Assembly: GCA_963728205.1 (NCBI GenBank)
Contig: CAVSIV010000001.1
Location: 1,218,372-1,282,371 of the forward strand
DNA length: 64,000 nt
Reading direction: 5' to 3'
DNA from: an uncultured Chloroflexia bacterium
GTDB taxonomy: Bacteria; Chloroflexota; Dehalococcoidia; UBA2979
In this document: piece by piece, positions 43,283 through 55,810 of the stretch
How the letters are laid out: each line of letters begins with the position of its first letter
Position numbering within the stretch: position 1 is the first letter of the stretch
Translations under genes and position numbers: made by a program
Notes under the pieces: model-generated
What the model was told of the DNA's origin: nothing
What the model saw: only the letters and a program-made list of their open reading frames with translations
The model's database searches: none

Positions 43283-44857
43283 ATGGGCCGGGCCGCGGGC
43301 TCGTCGGGCTCGTCGATCGGGACGTCGCCGACCGGCGTCGGGGTGGCGCCGGAGGGCGAGCCGTATGCCGCGGTCAAGGAGACACACACGAGTGTCGTGC
43401 TGCTGATGGGCGGGCGCGCCTACAAGGTCAAGAAGCCGGTGGCCCTCCCGTTCCTCGACTTCTCGACCCGAGCGGCCCGGATGACCGACTGCCTTCGCGA
43501 GGTCGAGCTCAACGCTCGCATCGCCCCCGACGTCTATCTCGGGGTCGACGAGCTCATGCCGGTGACCGGGCGCACGGGCGATGCCGGGGAGCCCGTCGTC
43601 GTCATGCGCCGGATGCCCGAGGCCCGTCGGCTCAGTGGGCTGCTCGCGGACCCCGCGCACCGCGAGGAGGCCAGACGGTGCGTGGTGGACACGGCCCGGC
43701 AGATCGCGGCCTTCCACGCCGGCCTGCCGCCGGTCGAGGGTCACGACCTCGTGGGGACCATGGCGGCGCTGTGGTGGGAGGGCCGGGACCAGACCCGGGT
43801 GTTCGAGGACGGTCCCCTCGACCGGGAGGGCCTCGACGAGACCTATGGTCTGGCCGCCGAGTACCTCGCAGGCAGGTCCGACCTGCTGCGTTCTCGCGAG
43901 CGCGCGGGACTGGTCCGGGACGGGCACGGCGACCTGCTGACCGAGGACATCTTCTGGCTCGACGACGGGGCGAGGATCCTCGACTGCCTCGAGTTCGACC
44001 GGCGGCTGCGGGTCGGGGACGTCCTCCTCGACATCGCCTTCCTCGCCATGGACCTCACGCTGCGCGGGGCCGGGGACCTCGCCCGGCTCGCCATCGACCA
44101 CTACCGGGAGCTCGACGCCGAGAGCCACCCCCGCAGCCTGGAGCATCACTATGTCGCGTACCGGGCCTGGGTCCGCGCGAAGGTCGAGTGCCTGCGTGGC
44201 CTCAGCGGCGACCTCGCCGCCCCCGACCGCGCGGTCGCGGCGCTGGCCCTGGCCCGGCGTGAGCTCCGCGCCGGGCGGGTCCATCTCGTCGCCGTCGGAG
44301 GCCTTCCGGCCACCGGGAAGTCCACCCTCGCCGGCCGTCTCGTCGACACCGACGACCGCGACTGGGTGCTGCTGTCCTCGGACGAGATCCGCAAGGGGCA
44401 GGCCGGCATGCCCGCCACCTCCAGCGCGCGGAGCCCGTTCGGCACCGGCATCTACGACGAGCGCCACACCGAAGCGGCCTATGCCGAGCTGCTCCGCCGA
44501 GCCGCCACCGCGCTCGACCGTGGCCTGTGTGTCGTCCTCGACGCATCGTGGACCTCGAGCATGCACCGCGCCGGTGCGGCGGTCCTGGCGCAGGCGCACG
44601 ATGCCACCTACACCCCGGTCCACTGCGTCGCACCCGAGCAGGTATGCCGCGCGCGGCTCGGTATCCGCCAGGTCGACCTCGGCACATCGGACGCCACCGT
44701 GGAGGTGTACCAGCGGATGGCCGCGCAGGCCGATCCGTGGCCCGAGGCACTCGAGGTCGACACGACCCAGCCGGCCCAGGCCTGCGCCGCCCGAATCCTC
44801 GATGCCCTCGAGGGACAGCCGGTCCCTCCACGTCATGGGCCGATCGCTCCCGGGTGA
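43283..44857 (+). CDS. Aminoglycoside-phosphotransferase-like + AAA_33 kinase fusion (Rv2004c-like)
   Basis: ETHTS, AYKVKKPV.L.FLDFS, RDGHGDL, LDCLEF, GGLPATGKST, SSDEIRK, GIY, SDAT. Confidence 0.9.
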   Translation: MGRAAGSSGSSIGTSPTGVGVAPEGEPYAAVKETHTSVVLLMGGRAYKVKKPVALPFLDFSTRAARMTDCLREVELNARIAPDVYLGVDELMPVTGRTGDAGEPVVVMRRMPEARRLSGLLADPAHREEARRCVVDTARQIAAFHAGLPPVEGHDLVGTMAALWWEGRDQTRVFEDGPLDREGLDETYGLAAEYLAGRSDLLRSRERAGLVRDGHGDLLTEDIFWLDDGARILDCLEFDRRLRVGDVLLDIAFLAMDLTLRGAGDLARLAIDHYRELDAESHPRSLEHHYVAYRAWVRAKVECLRGLSGDLAAPDRAVAALALARRELRAGRVHLVAVGGLPATGKSTLAGRLVDTDDRDWVLLSSDEIRKGQAGMPATSSARSPFGTGIYDERHTEAAYAELLRRAATALDRGLCVVLDASWTSSMHRAGAAVLAQAHDATYTPVHCVAPEQVCRARLGIRQVDLGTSDATVEVYQRMAAQADPWPEALEVDTTQPAQACAARILDALEGQPVPPRHGPIAPG

Positions 44858-44910
44858 CCCCAGGGTGACCCGGTGAGCCTCCGGTGGCCCCCGGCGCACC
44901 TCGAGCCGGG

Positions 44911-45288
44911 TCAGGGCAGCAGGTAGTCCACCGTCACGGCGTGGTGCCCCTCGGTGATCGTCAGGTCGACCGTCCCGGTCAGGCCGACCAGCGCCCCCTC
45001 CCCCGATCCCGGCACGATCTCGTAGCGCAGCAGCTGCTCACCACCGGACATCGTCCCGAACTGCTGGAACGCGAACGTGCCCTCGCGGCCGTCGAGGGTG
45101 CCCGTGAACGTCTCGAGGGCGACGTACCCCGCCGTTCCGCTCGCCGGGTCACCCGCCGTGAGCATGACGCCACGGCTGCTCCCGCGCAGGCCACCGGCCC
45201 ATGTCTTGACGATGTCGAACCGTCCGGCGCCGGCGAGAACGGGGTCACCGGGGGTGAGGTCGACGGTGAACGTCGCGGTCGTCTGCAT
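44911..45288 (-). CDS. DUF3224 family protein
   Basis: KTWAGGL.G.S, AGYVALETFTGTLDGREGTF..Q, IVPGSG.G.L.GLTG. Confidence 0.85.
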   Translation of the reverse strand: MQTTATFTVDLTPGDPVLAGAGRFDIVKTWAGGLRGSSRGVMLTAGDPASGTAGYVALETFTGTLDGREGTFAFQQFGTMSGGEQLLRYEIVPGSGEGALVGLTGTVDLTITEGHHAVTVDYLLP

Positions 45289-45298
45289 GGGGCGAACG

Positions 45299-47132
45299 CT
45301 AGCCCGAGGGTCGGACACCGCCGGCGGCGAGGACGGCGGCGGAGGCGGCGGGAAGGCGCACCACCCGGCGACCCGGCTCGTCGACGAGCGCGGTCGCGTC
45401 GGCGTCCCAGGCGAGGAGGACCTCGACCACGTCCGCTCCCACGGGCACCACCTGGTCGGCCGGACCGAGGTTCGCCGCGACGACGAGGTCGCGATGCTGC
45501 ATGACGACCCACCCGGCCGACTCGTCGACCGCCACGGAGACGTCGGCCAACCGGGTGGCACCGTCGAGGTGGGACCGGCGCAGCCGCATGAGGGCGGCAT
45601 ACCAGCGCAGCATCCGGACATGCGGGCCGTCACCCAGCTCCGACCAGGGCAGCACGCTCCGGTCGCGGGTCGCCGGGTCCTGAGGGTCGGGCACCTCGGC
45701 GGCCGACCAGCCGTGCGAGGCGAACTCCGCGCGCCGCCCCGCGCGCACCGCCTCGGCCAGCTGGGGGTCGGTGAAGCTCGTGAAGAACTGCCACGGCGAT
45801 GAGGCGGCCCACTCCTCACCCATGAAGATCATCGGGGTGCCCGCCCAGAGCACATAGAGCGCGGCCCCGGCCGCCTGCCGCCCGGGGCCGGCCAAGGCGG
45901 AGATCCGGTCGCCGAACGCCCGGTTGCCGACCTGGTCATGGGTCTGCAGATAGCCGAGAAGGCGCCGCGCGTCGAGCGTCGAGCGGTCGACCGGCGCACC
46001 CCACACCGACCCCCGGAAGCTCGACCAGCGCCCGTCGTGGAGGAACCCACCGGTGAGCACCGTGGCGAGGACCCCGAGCGGGCCGAGCCCAGGCGCGGCA
46101 GGGCTGGAGCCCGCGAAGTCGGCGTAGTACCCCTGGTCCTCCCCGGTCAGGACGACGTGCAGCGCATGGTGGACGTCGTCGTCCCACTGCGCCGTCATCC
46201 CCCGCCCCCCGTCGGCCGGTGGCGTCACCATCGACACGTCGTTGAGATCGCTCTCGGCGATCAGCCCGAGCGGTCGGCCGAGCTCGGCCGCCAGGACCGC
46301 CACCGCGTCCGACAGCTCCTCGAGGAGATGCTCGTCGCTCTCGTCGTGGAGCTCGTGGACGGCGTCGAGCCGCAGCGCGTCGACATGGAAGTCGCGCAGC
46401 CAGCGCAGGGCGTTGTCGATGACGAAGGTGCGGACCTCGGAGTTGAACCGGGCGTCGAGGTTGACCGCCGGACCCCACGGCGTCTCGTGCTCGTCGGTGA
46501 AGTACGGCCCGAACCGGGCCAGATAGTTGCCGCTCGGCCCGAGGTGGTTGTGGACGACGTCGAGGCACACGCCCAGCCCACGCCCGTGGCACGCATCGAC
46601 GAACCGCTGGAACGCGGCGGGACCGCCGTAGCCGTCGTGGACGGCATAGAGGTCGACCCCGTCGTAGCCCCAGCCCCCACCGGCCGGGGAACCCGGCCAG
46701 GGGCATGACCTCGACGAGGTCGACGCCGAGGTGGGCAAGGTGGTCGAGCCGCCCGATCGCCGCGTCGAGGGTGCCCTCGGGCGTGAAGGTCCCCACGTGC
46801 AGCTCGTAGACCACCCCGCCGAGAAGACCACGTCCGCCGCGCACCCCGGCCCAGTCGCCGTCGGTCCAGGCGAAGGCGCCGGGATCGAAGGTCCGGCTCG
46901 GCCCGTCCACACCGTGCGGCTGCCAGGCACTACGGGGGTCGGGGATCGGTGGCTCCGCGCCGTCGAGGACGAAGGCGTAGTCGAGGACCGGGTATGCCGC
47001 CTCGTCATCGCCGGCCCACCGCCACCAGCCTCCGCCGTCAGGGGTCATCGGCTCGCGGCGCCGGGGACCTCCCGGCTCGCCGACCTCGACCTCCACCTTG
47101 CGGTGGCTCGGAGCCCAGACGCGGATCGTCAT
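45299..47132 (-). CDS. treZ: Malto-oligosyltrehalose trehalohydrolase (frameshift near 46680)
   Basis: [60 protein letters not shown]. Confidence 0.93.
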
Positions 47133-49637
47133 GTGCGGACCAGGAGGGCCACCGGCAGGTCGCCCAGGACGTCGGACACGAGGATGCCGTCCGCGGCGGC
47201 CCCCGGGCCGGCGACGTCGCGACCGGAGAGAGCGTCGCGCCACGGCCGGTCGGCAGGGCGAGCCGGGCACCCGCCCCAGCCGCCGGACCGGGTCAGCCGC
47301 GAGGCGAACCGGGTGACGACGCGTGACCGCCTGCGGGCCGGACGCGTCTCCGCGGGCGAAGGCGAGGGCGTGCTCGCTCCCGGACGGCACGGCGGCATAC
47401 GTCGCGTGCTCCCCGACGAACCAGCGCGGGGTGCTCCCGCCGCAGCCGCGAGCGCCCGCGAGGTGACGAGAAGCTTCTCGTCGTCGAGATCCGCCGGCGG
47501 CTCGCCACGGTCGAGCCGCCCGAGCCGGGCCACCCGGTCGGCGTAGTCGACGGCGCGGCGGTTGTCCGGGTCGACGAGGGTGAGGGTGACCAGCTCGGTG
47601 CCCTGGTAGACGTCGGGGACGCCGGGCATCGTCAGCTGGACGAGCTTCTGGGCGAGGACCGCGGCCCGGGTGCTCGGGGCGCTGTCCTCGGCCCACCTGG
47701 TCAGGTGTGCCACGACGTCGGGATCGGCGAGTGAGCGCCGTCGCGAAGGACGTCACCGCGTCCTCGTATGCCGCGTCCCCGTCGACCCAGGCCGTGTGCA
47801 CCTTGGCCTCGCGGACGGCCTTGAGGAGGTAGTCGGTGAGCCGCTCGGCCTCGATGGGCCAGGTCCCGACGAGGGTCTGCCAGACGAGGTACTCGGTGGG
47901 CGGGTCGACCTGCTCGCGGTCGATGAGGGGCGCCGAGCCGGCTCGCCTCGAGCACCCACGGGCTCCCAGTCCCGCGCGCGCTCGGCGAGCACGGCACAGA
48001 CGGGCACGGACGTCCTCGGATCGCTTGGTGTCGTGGGTCGACAGGGTCGTCATCGACGACCGGCCAGCTCGCCAACCGACGGGCGCGCGCTCGATGTGGA
48101 ACGCGTCGACACCCATCGACAGCTCCTCGGGGTGGCCGCCGACCTCGTTGGCGCCCGCCAGCCGCCACCAGCGGTAGAAGGCGGTGTCCTCGATGCCCTT
48201 GGCCATGACCGGACCACACGTCTGCTGGAAGCGGACGACGAGTTCGGCGAGCACATCGTCCGACGTGCGGGTCACGCCGCGACAACTGGTCCTCGCCGAG
48301 GAGCGAGCAGCTCGACGTCGGCCAGCGGCTCGTGGTCGGTCGAGTCGAGGCGTCGACCCGGGCGCGAGCCACGGCGTCGCGCAGGACGGCGACCTGCTCG
48401 GGCGGGGCGGGCTCGCCCGGGACGAGGTAGGCGCGGTACCGGTCCATCGAGACGAGCAGCGGCGGCGAGGCAGCGGCGGTAGGCGACGAGGTCCGCGTCC
48501 GGCCGCAGCCGGCCGACGAGCCGGAGGAGCCGGTCGACCTCCGCACTGAGCGACGGTGTCGACGACGTCGCGCTTCGCCGCCGGTGACGACCGCGGCGAG
48601 CTCGGGCGCCGCGGGGTCGTGCCGTTGCCACAGCCCGGTCGAGGACGGCCACCCCGTCGGGTCGGTGAGGACCTGCTGGACGCGCAGCAGCGCGTCGTAG
48701 CCCGTCGTGCCGGCACATCGCCATGCGGTCGGGCAGCTCCTCGCCCGCGCGCAAGGATCTTCTCGGCGACGACCCAGGCGCCGCCGGTGACCTGCGGCGA
48801 GCCGGTCGAGGTAGCCCCCGGGATCGGCCAGCCCGTCGGGATGGTCGATGCGCAACCCGTCGATCGATCCCTCTCGGCAGCAGGTCGATGAGAAGCGCGT
48901 GGGTCGCCTCGAAGACGTGGTGCTTCTCGACGCGGCACGGCGATGAGCGAGGTGACGTCGAAGAACCGGCGGTAGTTCAGCCAGGACTCGCCCGCTGCGC
49001 CAGCCGGCCAACCGGTAGCCCTGGGCCGCCATGAGATCGGCCAGGTCGAGCGCCTCGGTCCCCGGGCGCACCGGGAACTCGTGGTCGTAGTAGCGCAGCA
49101 CGGTCTCGTCATGCCGCACCACCGTCGTCGGACCAGCGGCGAGCTCGCCGTTGGCGAGGACGACGTCGAGCGGGCTGGCCGAGGACCGGCATGAGGATCC
49201 GGCCGTCGTCCACGTCCCAGTCGATGTCGAACCACGGGGCGTAGGGCGAGTCCTGGCCGTACTTGAGCAGGGACCACAGGGCCGCGTTGACATGGGCCGG
49301 GGTCGGCACGGCCATGTGGTTGGGGACGACGTCGACGACGAGGCCGAGGCCCGCCTCGCGAGCGGCCGCCGCCAGTCGGTCGAAGCCCGCGAGACCGCCG
49401 GCCTCGGCGCTGAGCCGGTTGTGGTCGACGACGTCGTAGCCGTGGACCGAGCCCGGAGTCGCCTGGAGGATGGGCGAGAGGTAGAGGTGGCTCACCCCGA
49501 GCGAGGCGAGGTATGCCGGCCTGCTCCGCGGCCGCCCCGAAGCCGAAGCCGCCGTGCACCTGGAGCCGGTAGGTCGCGCGTGGGCACGACCCGCCCGGAC
49601 CGGGGCGATGGGTGGAGCGATCTGCGGGGTCCGGCAT
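47129..49637 (-). CDS. treY: Malto-oligosyltrehalose synthase (many frameshifts)
   Basis: [76 protein letters not shown]. Confidence 0.92.
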
Positions 49638-49639
49638 AC

Positions 49640-51866
49640 GGTCAGCTCCTCGGCGATGAGGTCGTCCGCGTGGTCCGGGCGGTCGGCCGGGGCGACGGTG
49701 TCCTGGGTCGTGGCGAGCACCGGAGGCTCGGGACGCTCGGCCTCGTCGCGCGGATGGCGCAGCACGAGCAGCGATCGGGACTCGACGACGACGTCGGCCC
49801 CCGCCTCGTACCAGGTCGGGTCGAGCAGGTCGGGCGCGGTGTCGACCTCGGTCCTCCACCAGTCGCCCCACTCGGGCGGACGGCAGCACGAACGGCTGGG
49901 TCTCGGCCGCGGCGTTGTAGAGGACGAGGAAGTCGTCGTCGACGATCGCCTGGCCCCGGGCGTCGGGCTCGGGGATCGCCTCACCGTTGAGGAAGACCAT
50001 GATCGGTGCGGGCGGCCGCGTCGGCCCAGTCCTGCTCGGTCATCGACTCGGCCGCCGGGGTGAACCAGTGGATGTCGCCGAGGGAGGACTCGCCCGCCGT
50101 GCTCGGCGCTCCCGGCGAAGAACCGCCGCCGCCGGAAGACCGGGTGGCTGCGCCGGAGCCGGACGAGGCCCCGGGTGAACTCGAGCAGGGCCTTCTCGTC
50201 GGCGCCGAGATCCCAGTCGACCCAGGAGGTCGCGTTGTCCTGGCAGTAGACGTTGTTGTTGCCGCGCTGGGTCCGGCACAGCTCGTCGCCGTGAGCGATC
50301 ATCGGCACGCCCTGGCTGACCATCAGCGTCGTGAGGAAGTTCTTCTGCTGTCGCAACCGGAGGTCGTTGATCTCCCTGTCGTCGGTCGGGCCCTCGGCCC
50401 CGCAGTTCCACGACCGGTTGTAGCTCTCGCCGTCGCGGCCGTCCTCTCCGTTGGCCTCGTTGTGCTTGTCGTTGTAGGACACGAGGTCGCGCAGCGTGAA
50501 GCCGTCGTGGGCGGTGATGAAGTTGATCGAGGCGATGCGGCTTGCGGCCGCTGTGCTCGTAGAGGTCGGAGGAGCCGGTGATGCCGGGAGGCGAACTCGC
50601 CGAGGCGTGGACGGCTCGCCCCGCCAGAAGTCCCGCACCGTGTCGCGGTACTTGCCGTTCCACTCCGTCCACAGCGGCGGGAAGTTGCCCGACCTGGTAG
50701 CCGCCGTCGCCGACATCCCACGGCTCGGCGATGAGCTTGACCTGGGAGATCACGGGGTCCTGCTGGATGAGGTCGAAGAACGCCGACAGCTTGTCGACCT
50801 CGTGGAACTGGCGGGCCAGGGTGGCGGCGAGGTCGAACCGGAACCCGTCGACGTGCATCTCGGTCACCCAGTAGCGCAGGCTGTCCATGATGAGCTGCAG
50901 CACGTGCGGATTGCGCATGAGCAGGCTGTTCCCGGTGCCCGTCGTGTCGTAGTAGTGCTCCTTGTGGTCGTCGACGAGCCGGTAGTAGGACGGCGTTGTC
51001 GATGCCCCGGAAGCAGATGCGTCGGGCCCAGCTCGTTGCCCTCGGCCGTGTGGTTGTAGACGACGTCGAGGATGACCTCGATGTCGGCCTCGTGGAGGGC
51101 CTTGACCATCGCCTTGAACTCGGTGACCTGCTGGCCACGCTGGCCGCGGGCGTAGCCGTTGTGCGGGGCGAGGAAGCCGATCGTGTTGTAGCCCCAGTAG
51201 TTGCGACAGGCCCTTGGCCTGCAGCGAGGTGTCCTGGACGAACTGGTGGACCGGCATGAGCTCGATGGCCGTGACGCCGAGCTCGGTGAGGTGGTCGATG
51301 ATCGGCCGGGTGGCCGATGGCCTCGTAGGTGCCGCGGATCTCCTCGCGGGATGTCCGGGTGGGTCATCGTCAGGCCCTTGACGTGGGCCTCGTAGATGAC
51401 GCTCTCGTGGTACCCGTGCCGAGGCGGGCGGTCGTGGCCCCAGTCGAAGTAGGGGCTGGTGACGACGCCGAGCAGCGTCTTACCGAGGCTGTCGTCGGTG
51501 TTGACGCTTCGTCGGGTCCTCGAAGTCGTAGGCGAAGAGCGCCGGGTCGTTCTCGATCTGGCCCTCGATGGCCTTGGCGTATGGGTCGAGGAGCAGCTTG
51601 TTCGGCGTCGCAGCGGTGCCCGTTGCTCGGGCTCGTAGGGCCCGTGGACCCGGTAGCCGTAGCGCTGCCCGGGCGAAGACCCGGGGACGTAGCCGTGCCA
51701 GACGAAGCCGTCGACCTCGGGGAGGTCGAGCGCGCGTCTCGGCGCCGTCGTCGTCGATGAGGCACAGCTCGACCCGGTCGGCGACCTCGGAGAACAGCGC
51801 GAAGTTGACCCCGCTGCCGTCATACGTCGCCCCGAGGGGGTATGCCGTTCCAGGCCAGATCTCCAT
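49640..51866 (-). CDS. glgX: Glycogen debranching enzyme (many frameshifts; 3' end approximate)
   Basis: [71 protein letters not shown]. Confidence 0.93.
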
Positions 51867-52059
51867 GGCCGCCTTCCGCTGCGCCGGGGGTCTCCGGCCT
51901 CCAGTGTGGTCCAGGCACGCCGATCTGGCGTGGGTGGGGACCACGCCGTCCCCACCGTGGCGCACGTCTCGGACGGCGCCGGTGCGCCGGCCCTGGGCTG
52001 GTCTAGGGTCGGCACCACCTGAACGTCCAACCTATCGAAGAACGGAGAGGATCCGGACA

Positions 52060-52815
52060 GTGAGCACTCAGCGAGTTGCCATCGTGACGGGTGCGGCCCG
52101 TGGGATCGGTGCGGCGACCGCCGCCCGGCTGGCCGCCGACGGAGACGCCGTGGCCGTCTTCGACCTCGACGAGAGCGCCTGCGAGGCGGTCGCCGGGACG
52201 ATCCGTGCGGCCGGCGGCCGGGCCATCGGCGTCGGGGTCGACGTCTCGGACGCCGACCAGGTCGCCGCCGGCGTGGCCCGGGTCGCCGAGGAGCTCGGTC
52301 CACCGGTCATCCTCGTCAACAACGCGGGCATCATCCGGGACAACCTCATCTTCAAGATGACCGAGGAGGACTGGGACGCCGTGATGAACGTCCATCTCAA
52401 GGGGGCGTTCCTCATGACCCGGGCCTGCCAGAGCTTCATGACCGCGGAGAAGTACGGGCGGATCGTCAACCTCTCCTCCTCCTCGGCGCAGGGCAACCGG
52501 GGCCAGGTCAACTACTCGGCCGCCAAGGCGGGCATGCAGGGGTTCACGAAGACCCTCGCCATCGAGCTCGGCAAGTTCGGGGTGACCGCGAACGCCGTCG
52601 CGCCCGGCTTCATCCAGACCGACATGACCCGCGCGACGGCGGAGCGGCTCGGGGTGCCCTTCGAGGACTTCATCGAGTTCTCGGCGAAGCAGATCCCCGT
52701 CCAGCGGGTCGGCCAGCCGGCCGACATCGCCGCGACGATCAGCTTCCTGTGCTCCGAGGAGGCGGGGTTCGTGTCCGGCCAGGTCATCTACGTCGCCGGC
52801 GGCCCGCTCGACTGA
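52060..52815 (+). CDS. fabG: 3-oxoacyl-ACP reductase (SDR)
   Basis: [39 protein letters not shown]. Confidence 0.85.
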   Translation: MSTQRVAIVTGAARGIGAATAARLAADGDAVAVFDLDESACEAVAGTIRAAGGRAIGVGVDVSDADQVAAGVARVAEELGPPVILVNNAGIIRDNLIFKMTEEDWDAVMNVHLKGAFLMTRACQSFMTAEKYGRIVNLSSSSAQGNRGQVNYSAAKAGMQGFTKTLAIELGKFGVTANAVAPGFIQTDMTRATAERLGVPFEDFIEFSAKQIPVQRVGQPADIAATISFLCSEEAGFVSGQVIYVAGGPLD

Positions 52816-52850
52816 CCCGGCTCGCTGGACCGCCCGCCGACGCGCGCGCG

Positions 52851-53334
52851 CTACGGGCGGGGCGCAGCGCGAGCATGGGCAGGTCCTCGACGAGACGCCG
52901 ACGGCCCGAGTCGGAGCCGTCGTAGCGCCACCCGAGCAGCCAGGACAGGACCGGACGGAAGAGCGGCATAGCGAACCGGTGCGGCGTTCGTAGTCGACGA
53001 ACACCGCCAGGGCCTCATCGCGGTCGAGGACCCGGTATGCCGCACGCCGGGGCCCGGAGCCGAAGTCAACGTACGTCGGCCCTCCGGCGGTGACATTGCG
53101 GAACCAGTCCGCACCCGGACCGAAGCCGGAGACGACGACGGCCTCACCGGTGCCCGTGTCGTAGCGGACGACCTCGACGACGACGTGGAACTCACGCCCG
53201 GACCTGCGGCCGGTGTGGGTGATCCGGACGAACCGGTGGCCGAGCAGCCGGCCGGCGCCGACGGCATACAGCCGGTTCGGGAGGAGGAATGTCGCGTGCA
53301 GCCACGCCGGGAGGTGCTCCGCGCTGCTGGCCAT
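52851..53334 (-). CDS. Deazaflavin-dependent nitroreductase family protein (frameshifted; end approximate)
   Basis: LLGHRF..ITHTGRRSG, VVEVV, SGFG..ADWFRN, YERR. Confidence 0.8.
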
Positions 53335-53365
53335 GCCCCCATCCCAGCAAAACATATCCCCGGTG

Positions 53366-53680
53366 ATGTGGTGCCCGAGGACTGACGTGCCGACGGTCGT
53401 GGCATTGCAGGCGGCGGGGCCCGTCACCATCGTGGATGTGCGCGAGCCGGACGAATGGCGTGGCGGGCACATTGCCGGGGCAGTGCATATCCCCCTCGGT
53501 GACCTGGCCCGGCGGGCGGGCGAGGTTGACGCCAGTGGACCAGTGGTGACGGTCTGCCGGAGTGGTCGGCGCAGCCTCGACGCCGTGCGCATCCTGCAGG
53601 CGGCGGGGGCGGAAGACGTCAAGAGCATGGCTGGCGGCATGATCGCCTGGCAGGAAGCCGGGCGACCGATCGCCCGGTAG
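53366..53680 (+). CDS. Rhodanese-like domain protein (5' end uncertain)
   Basis: VDVREPDEW..GHIAGAVHIPL, CRSGRRS, GGMIAW. Confidence 0.88.
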   Translation: MWCPRTDVPTVVALQAAGPVTIVDVREPDEWRGGHIAGAVHIPLGDLARRAGEVDASGPVVTVCRSGRRSLDAVRILQAAGAEDVKSMAGGMIAWQEAGRPIAR

Positions 53681-53816
53681 CGCGCCGTCTGACATCACCG
53701 GTTCGAGCACATCCGGCACCTTCGACGGGGCGCCGGGTGATTCCCCGTGTCCGCCATCTCGCCTACACTGACCCCCACGACCGATCAGTGACTGATGATG
53801 GAGGACGACGCGACCA

Positions 53817-54587
53817 ATGGATGTGCGGCTCGACGGAAAGGTGGCCCTGATTACGGGCGCCGACAGTGGCATCGGCCAGGGTATGGCCCTTGAATTTGCG
53901 CGCAGTGGGGCCGATGTTGCGGTGCACTACTACTCCGATCTGGCGGGGGCTGAAGAGACGGCCGCCCAGGTCCGGGCGGCGGGCCAGCGGGCGTTGGTGC
54001 TGCAGGCCGATGTCGGCGACTACGCGGCGGTGGGCCGGATGTTCGACCAGTTCGATGCCGAGTTCGGCCATATCGACATCATGGTCAATAACGCGGCCAG
54101 GGTGGCGGCGGCGCCACCGCCGAAATGTCCCCGCCGACTTCGACCGGGTGATGAAGACCAACCTGTACGGGCCGTTCTACTGCACCCAGCAGGCGGTGCG
54201 GCGGATGCTGGCACGAAACCGGGGCGGGCGGGATGATTCACATCACCTCGGTGCACGAAGAGCAGTGCGGACCCGGCGGGGCCTACAGCGTCTCCAAGGG
54301 CGCCCTCCGCAACCTGATGCGCTCGCAGGCCAACGAACTTGGGCGATTCGGGATCACGGTCAACGGGATCGCACCGGGGATGATCGTCACCCCCATGAAC
54401 TGGCAGGCGAAGGAAGATGCCGAGAGTCGAGGCCGCCGCCGCGGCCCAGATTCCGGTCCGCCGCTGTGGATACCCGGACGACATCGCAAACATGGCTACC
54501 TTCCTGGCTTCCGACCTGGCGGGGTATTGCCACGGCTCGACCTTCTTCGTCGACGGCGGCTGGATGCTCACCTACCCTCCGGTCTGA
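53817..54587 (+). CDS. SDR oxidoreductase, glucose-1-dehydrogenase-like (frameshifted)
   Basis: TGADSGIG, VNNA, SVHE, YSVSK, NGIAPGMI.TPMN, FVDGG. Confidence 0.85.
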
Positions 54588-54740
54588 GATCGATAATTCA
54601 CCGGCAGGAACTGCGGGAGCCGGCACCTTTGAGCCAGGACCAGGGCGAGAGCATTCAGGTCTGGACGAAAGGTGAGCCCGCTCACGGAACGTGGACGGTG
54701 CCCCAGCGGCTGCCAATGCAGTCGGAAAGGAGAACCAACC

Positions 54741-55810
54741 ATGCATCTGTACACCGGTGGCTACACCACTCCGCCGAACGGCCGCGCCCCAGGCATCGGC
54801 ATCTTCACCTTCGAACCCGACACCGGGGTCATTTCCCACCTTGGCTGGGCCGAAGGAGTCGTCAATCCGTCGTACATCACCGCCAGCTCCGATGGTCGCT
54901 TCCTCTATGCCGTCACCGAGGGCGATGGCGAAGGGAAAGTGGTGGCTTTTGCGCGGGACGCGGCGACCGGTGCCCTGACCGAACTCAACCGGCAGCTCTC
55001 CGAGGGCAACGGTCCCTGTTATGTCTCAATCGATCGCTCCGGGCGGTTCCTGCTGGTCGCCAACTACGGCAGTGGCTCGGTGGCTGCGTTGCCGATCCAG
55101 CCCGATGGCTCCCTGGGCGATGCCACCGGCGTGGTGCAGCAGGAAGGGACCAGCATCAACCCCGACCGGCAGGAAGGACCGCACGCCCACATGATCCTGT
55201 CGTCACCGGATGGCGCGTTCGTCTTCGCGACCGACCTCGGGGCCGACAGGATCTTCGGCTACACGCTGGATCAGGACACCGGCTGGCTGATTCCGGCGGA
55301 AGAGGCCGGTGGTGTGGCTGTGCCCGGCGCTGGCCCACGGCATTTCGCCTTCTCGCCCGATGGCGCCACGGTCTACGTGATCAACGAGCTGGACAACACG
55401 CTCGGGGTGTACAGCTACAACACGGAGACCGGGGCATTCACCTCGCGACAGGTGCCTGCCGACGCTGCCAGCCGATTTCGATGGCGGCAGTTCGTGCGCG
55501 CATGTGCTGGTGTCGCCGGATGGTCGGTACGTCTACGGATCGAACCGGGGCCATGATTCCATCGCGATCTTCCGGGTGGATCCCGACACCGGCGAGGTGA
55601 CGCCGGAAGAGATCGTGACGGCTGGTGGCAAGAATCCGCGTAACTTCGCGCTGAGCCCGGACGCTGATGCTCGCTGTCCTGATGGTGGCGAACATGGGGA
55701 CCGACAACGTGGTCGTCTGGCCGCGCTATGTCGAAAGTGGATTGCCGGAAGGCGACGGGGCTTCGTACGACATCCCGTCGGCCTGCTGCCTGCTCTTCGT
55801 CGGGGAGTGA
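54741..55810 (+). CDS. Lactonase family protein (6-phosphogluconolactonase-like; frameshifted)
   Basis: YTGGYT, NPSY, PCYV, ANY.SGS, RQEGPHAH, DLGAD, GAGPRH, NEL, SNRGHDSI, PRNF. Confidence 0.9.

Noticed and set aside
45936-50000. 1354-aa ORF suggesting a glgX-treY-treZ fusion
   Set aside because: It is a patchwork of in-frame and out-of-frame pieces produced by indels; separate starts exist for treY and treZ.
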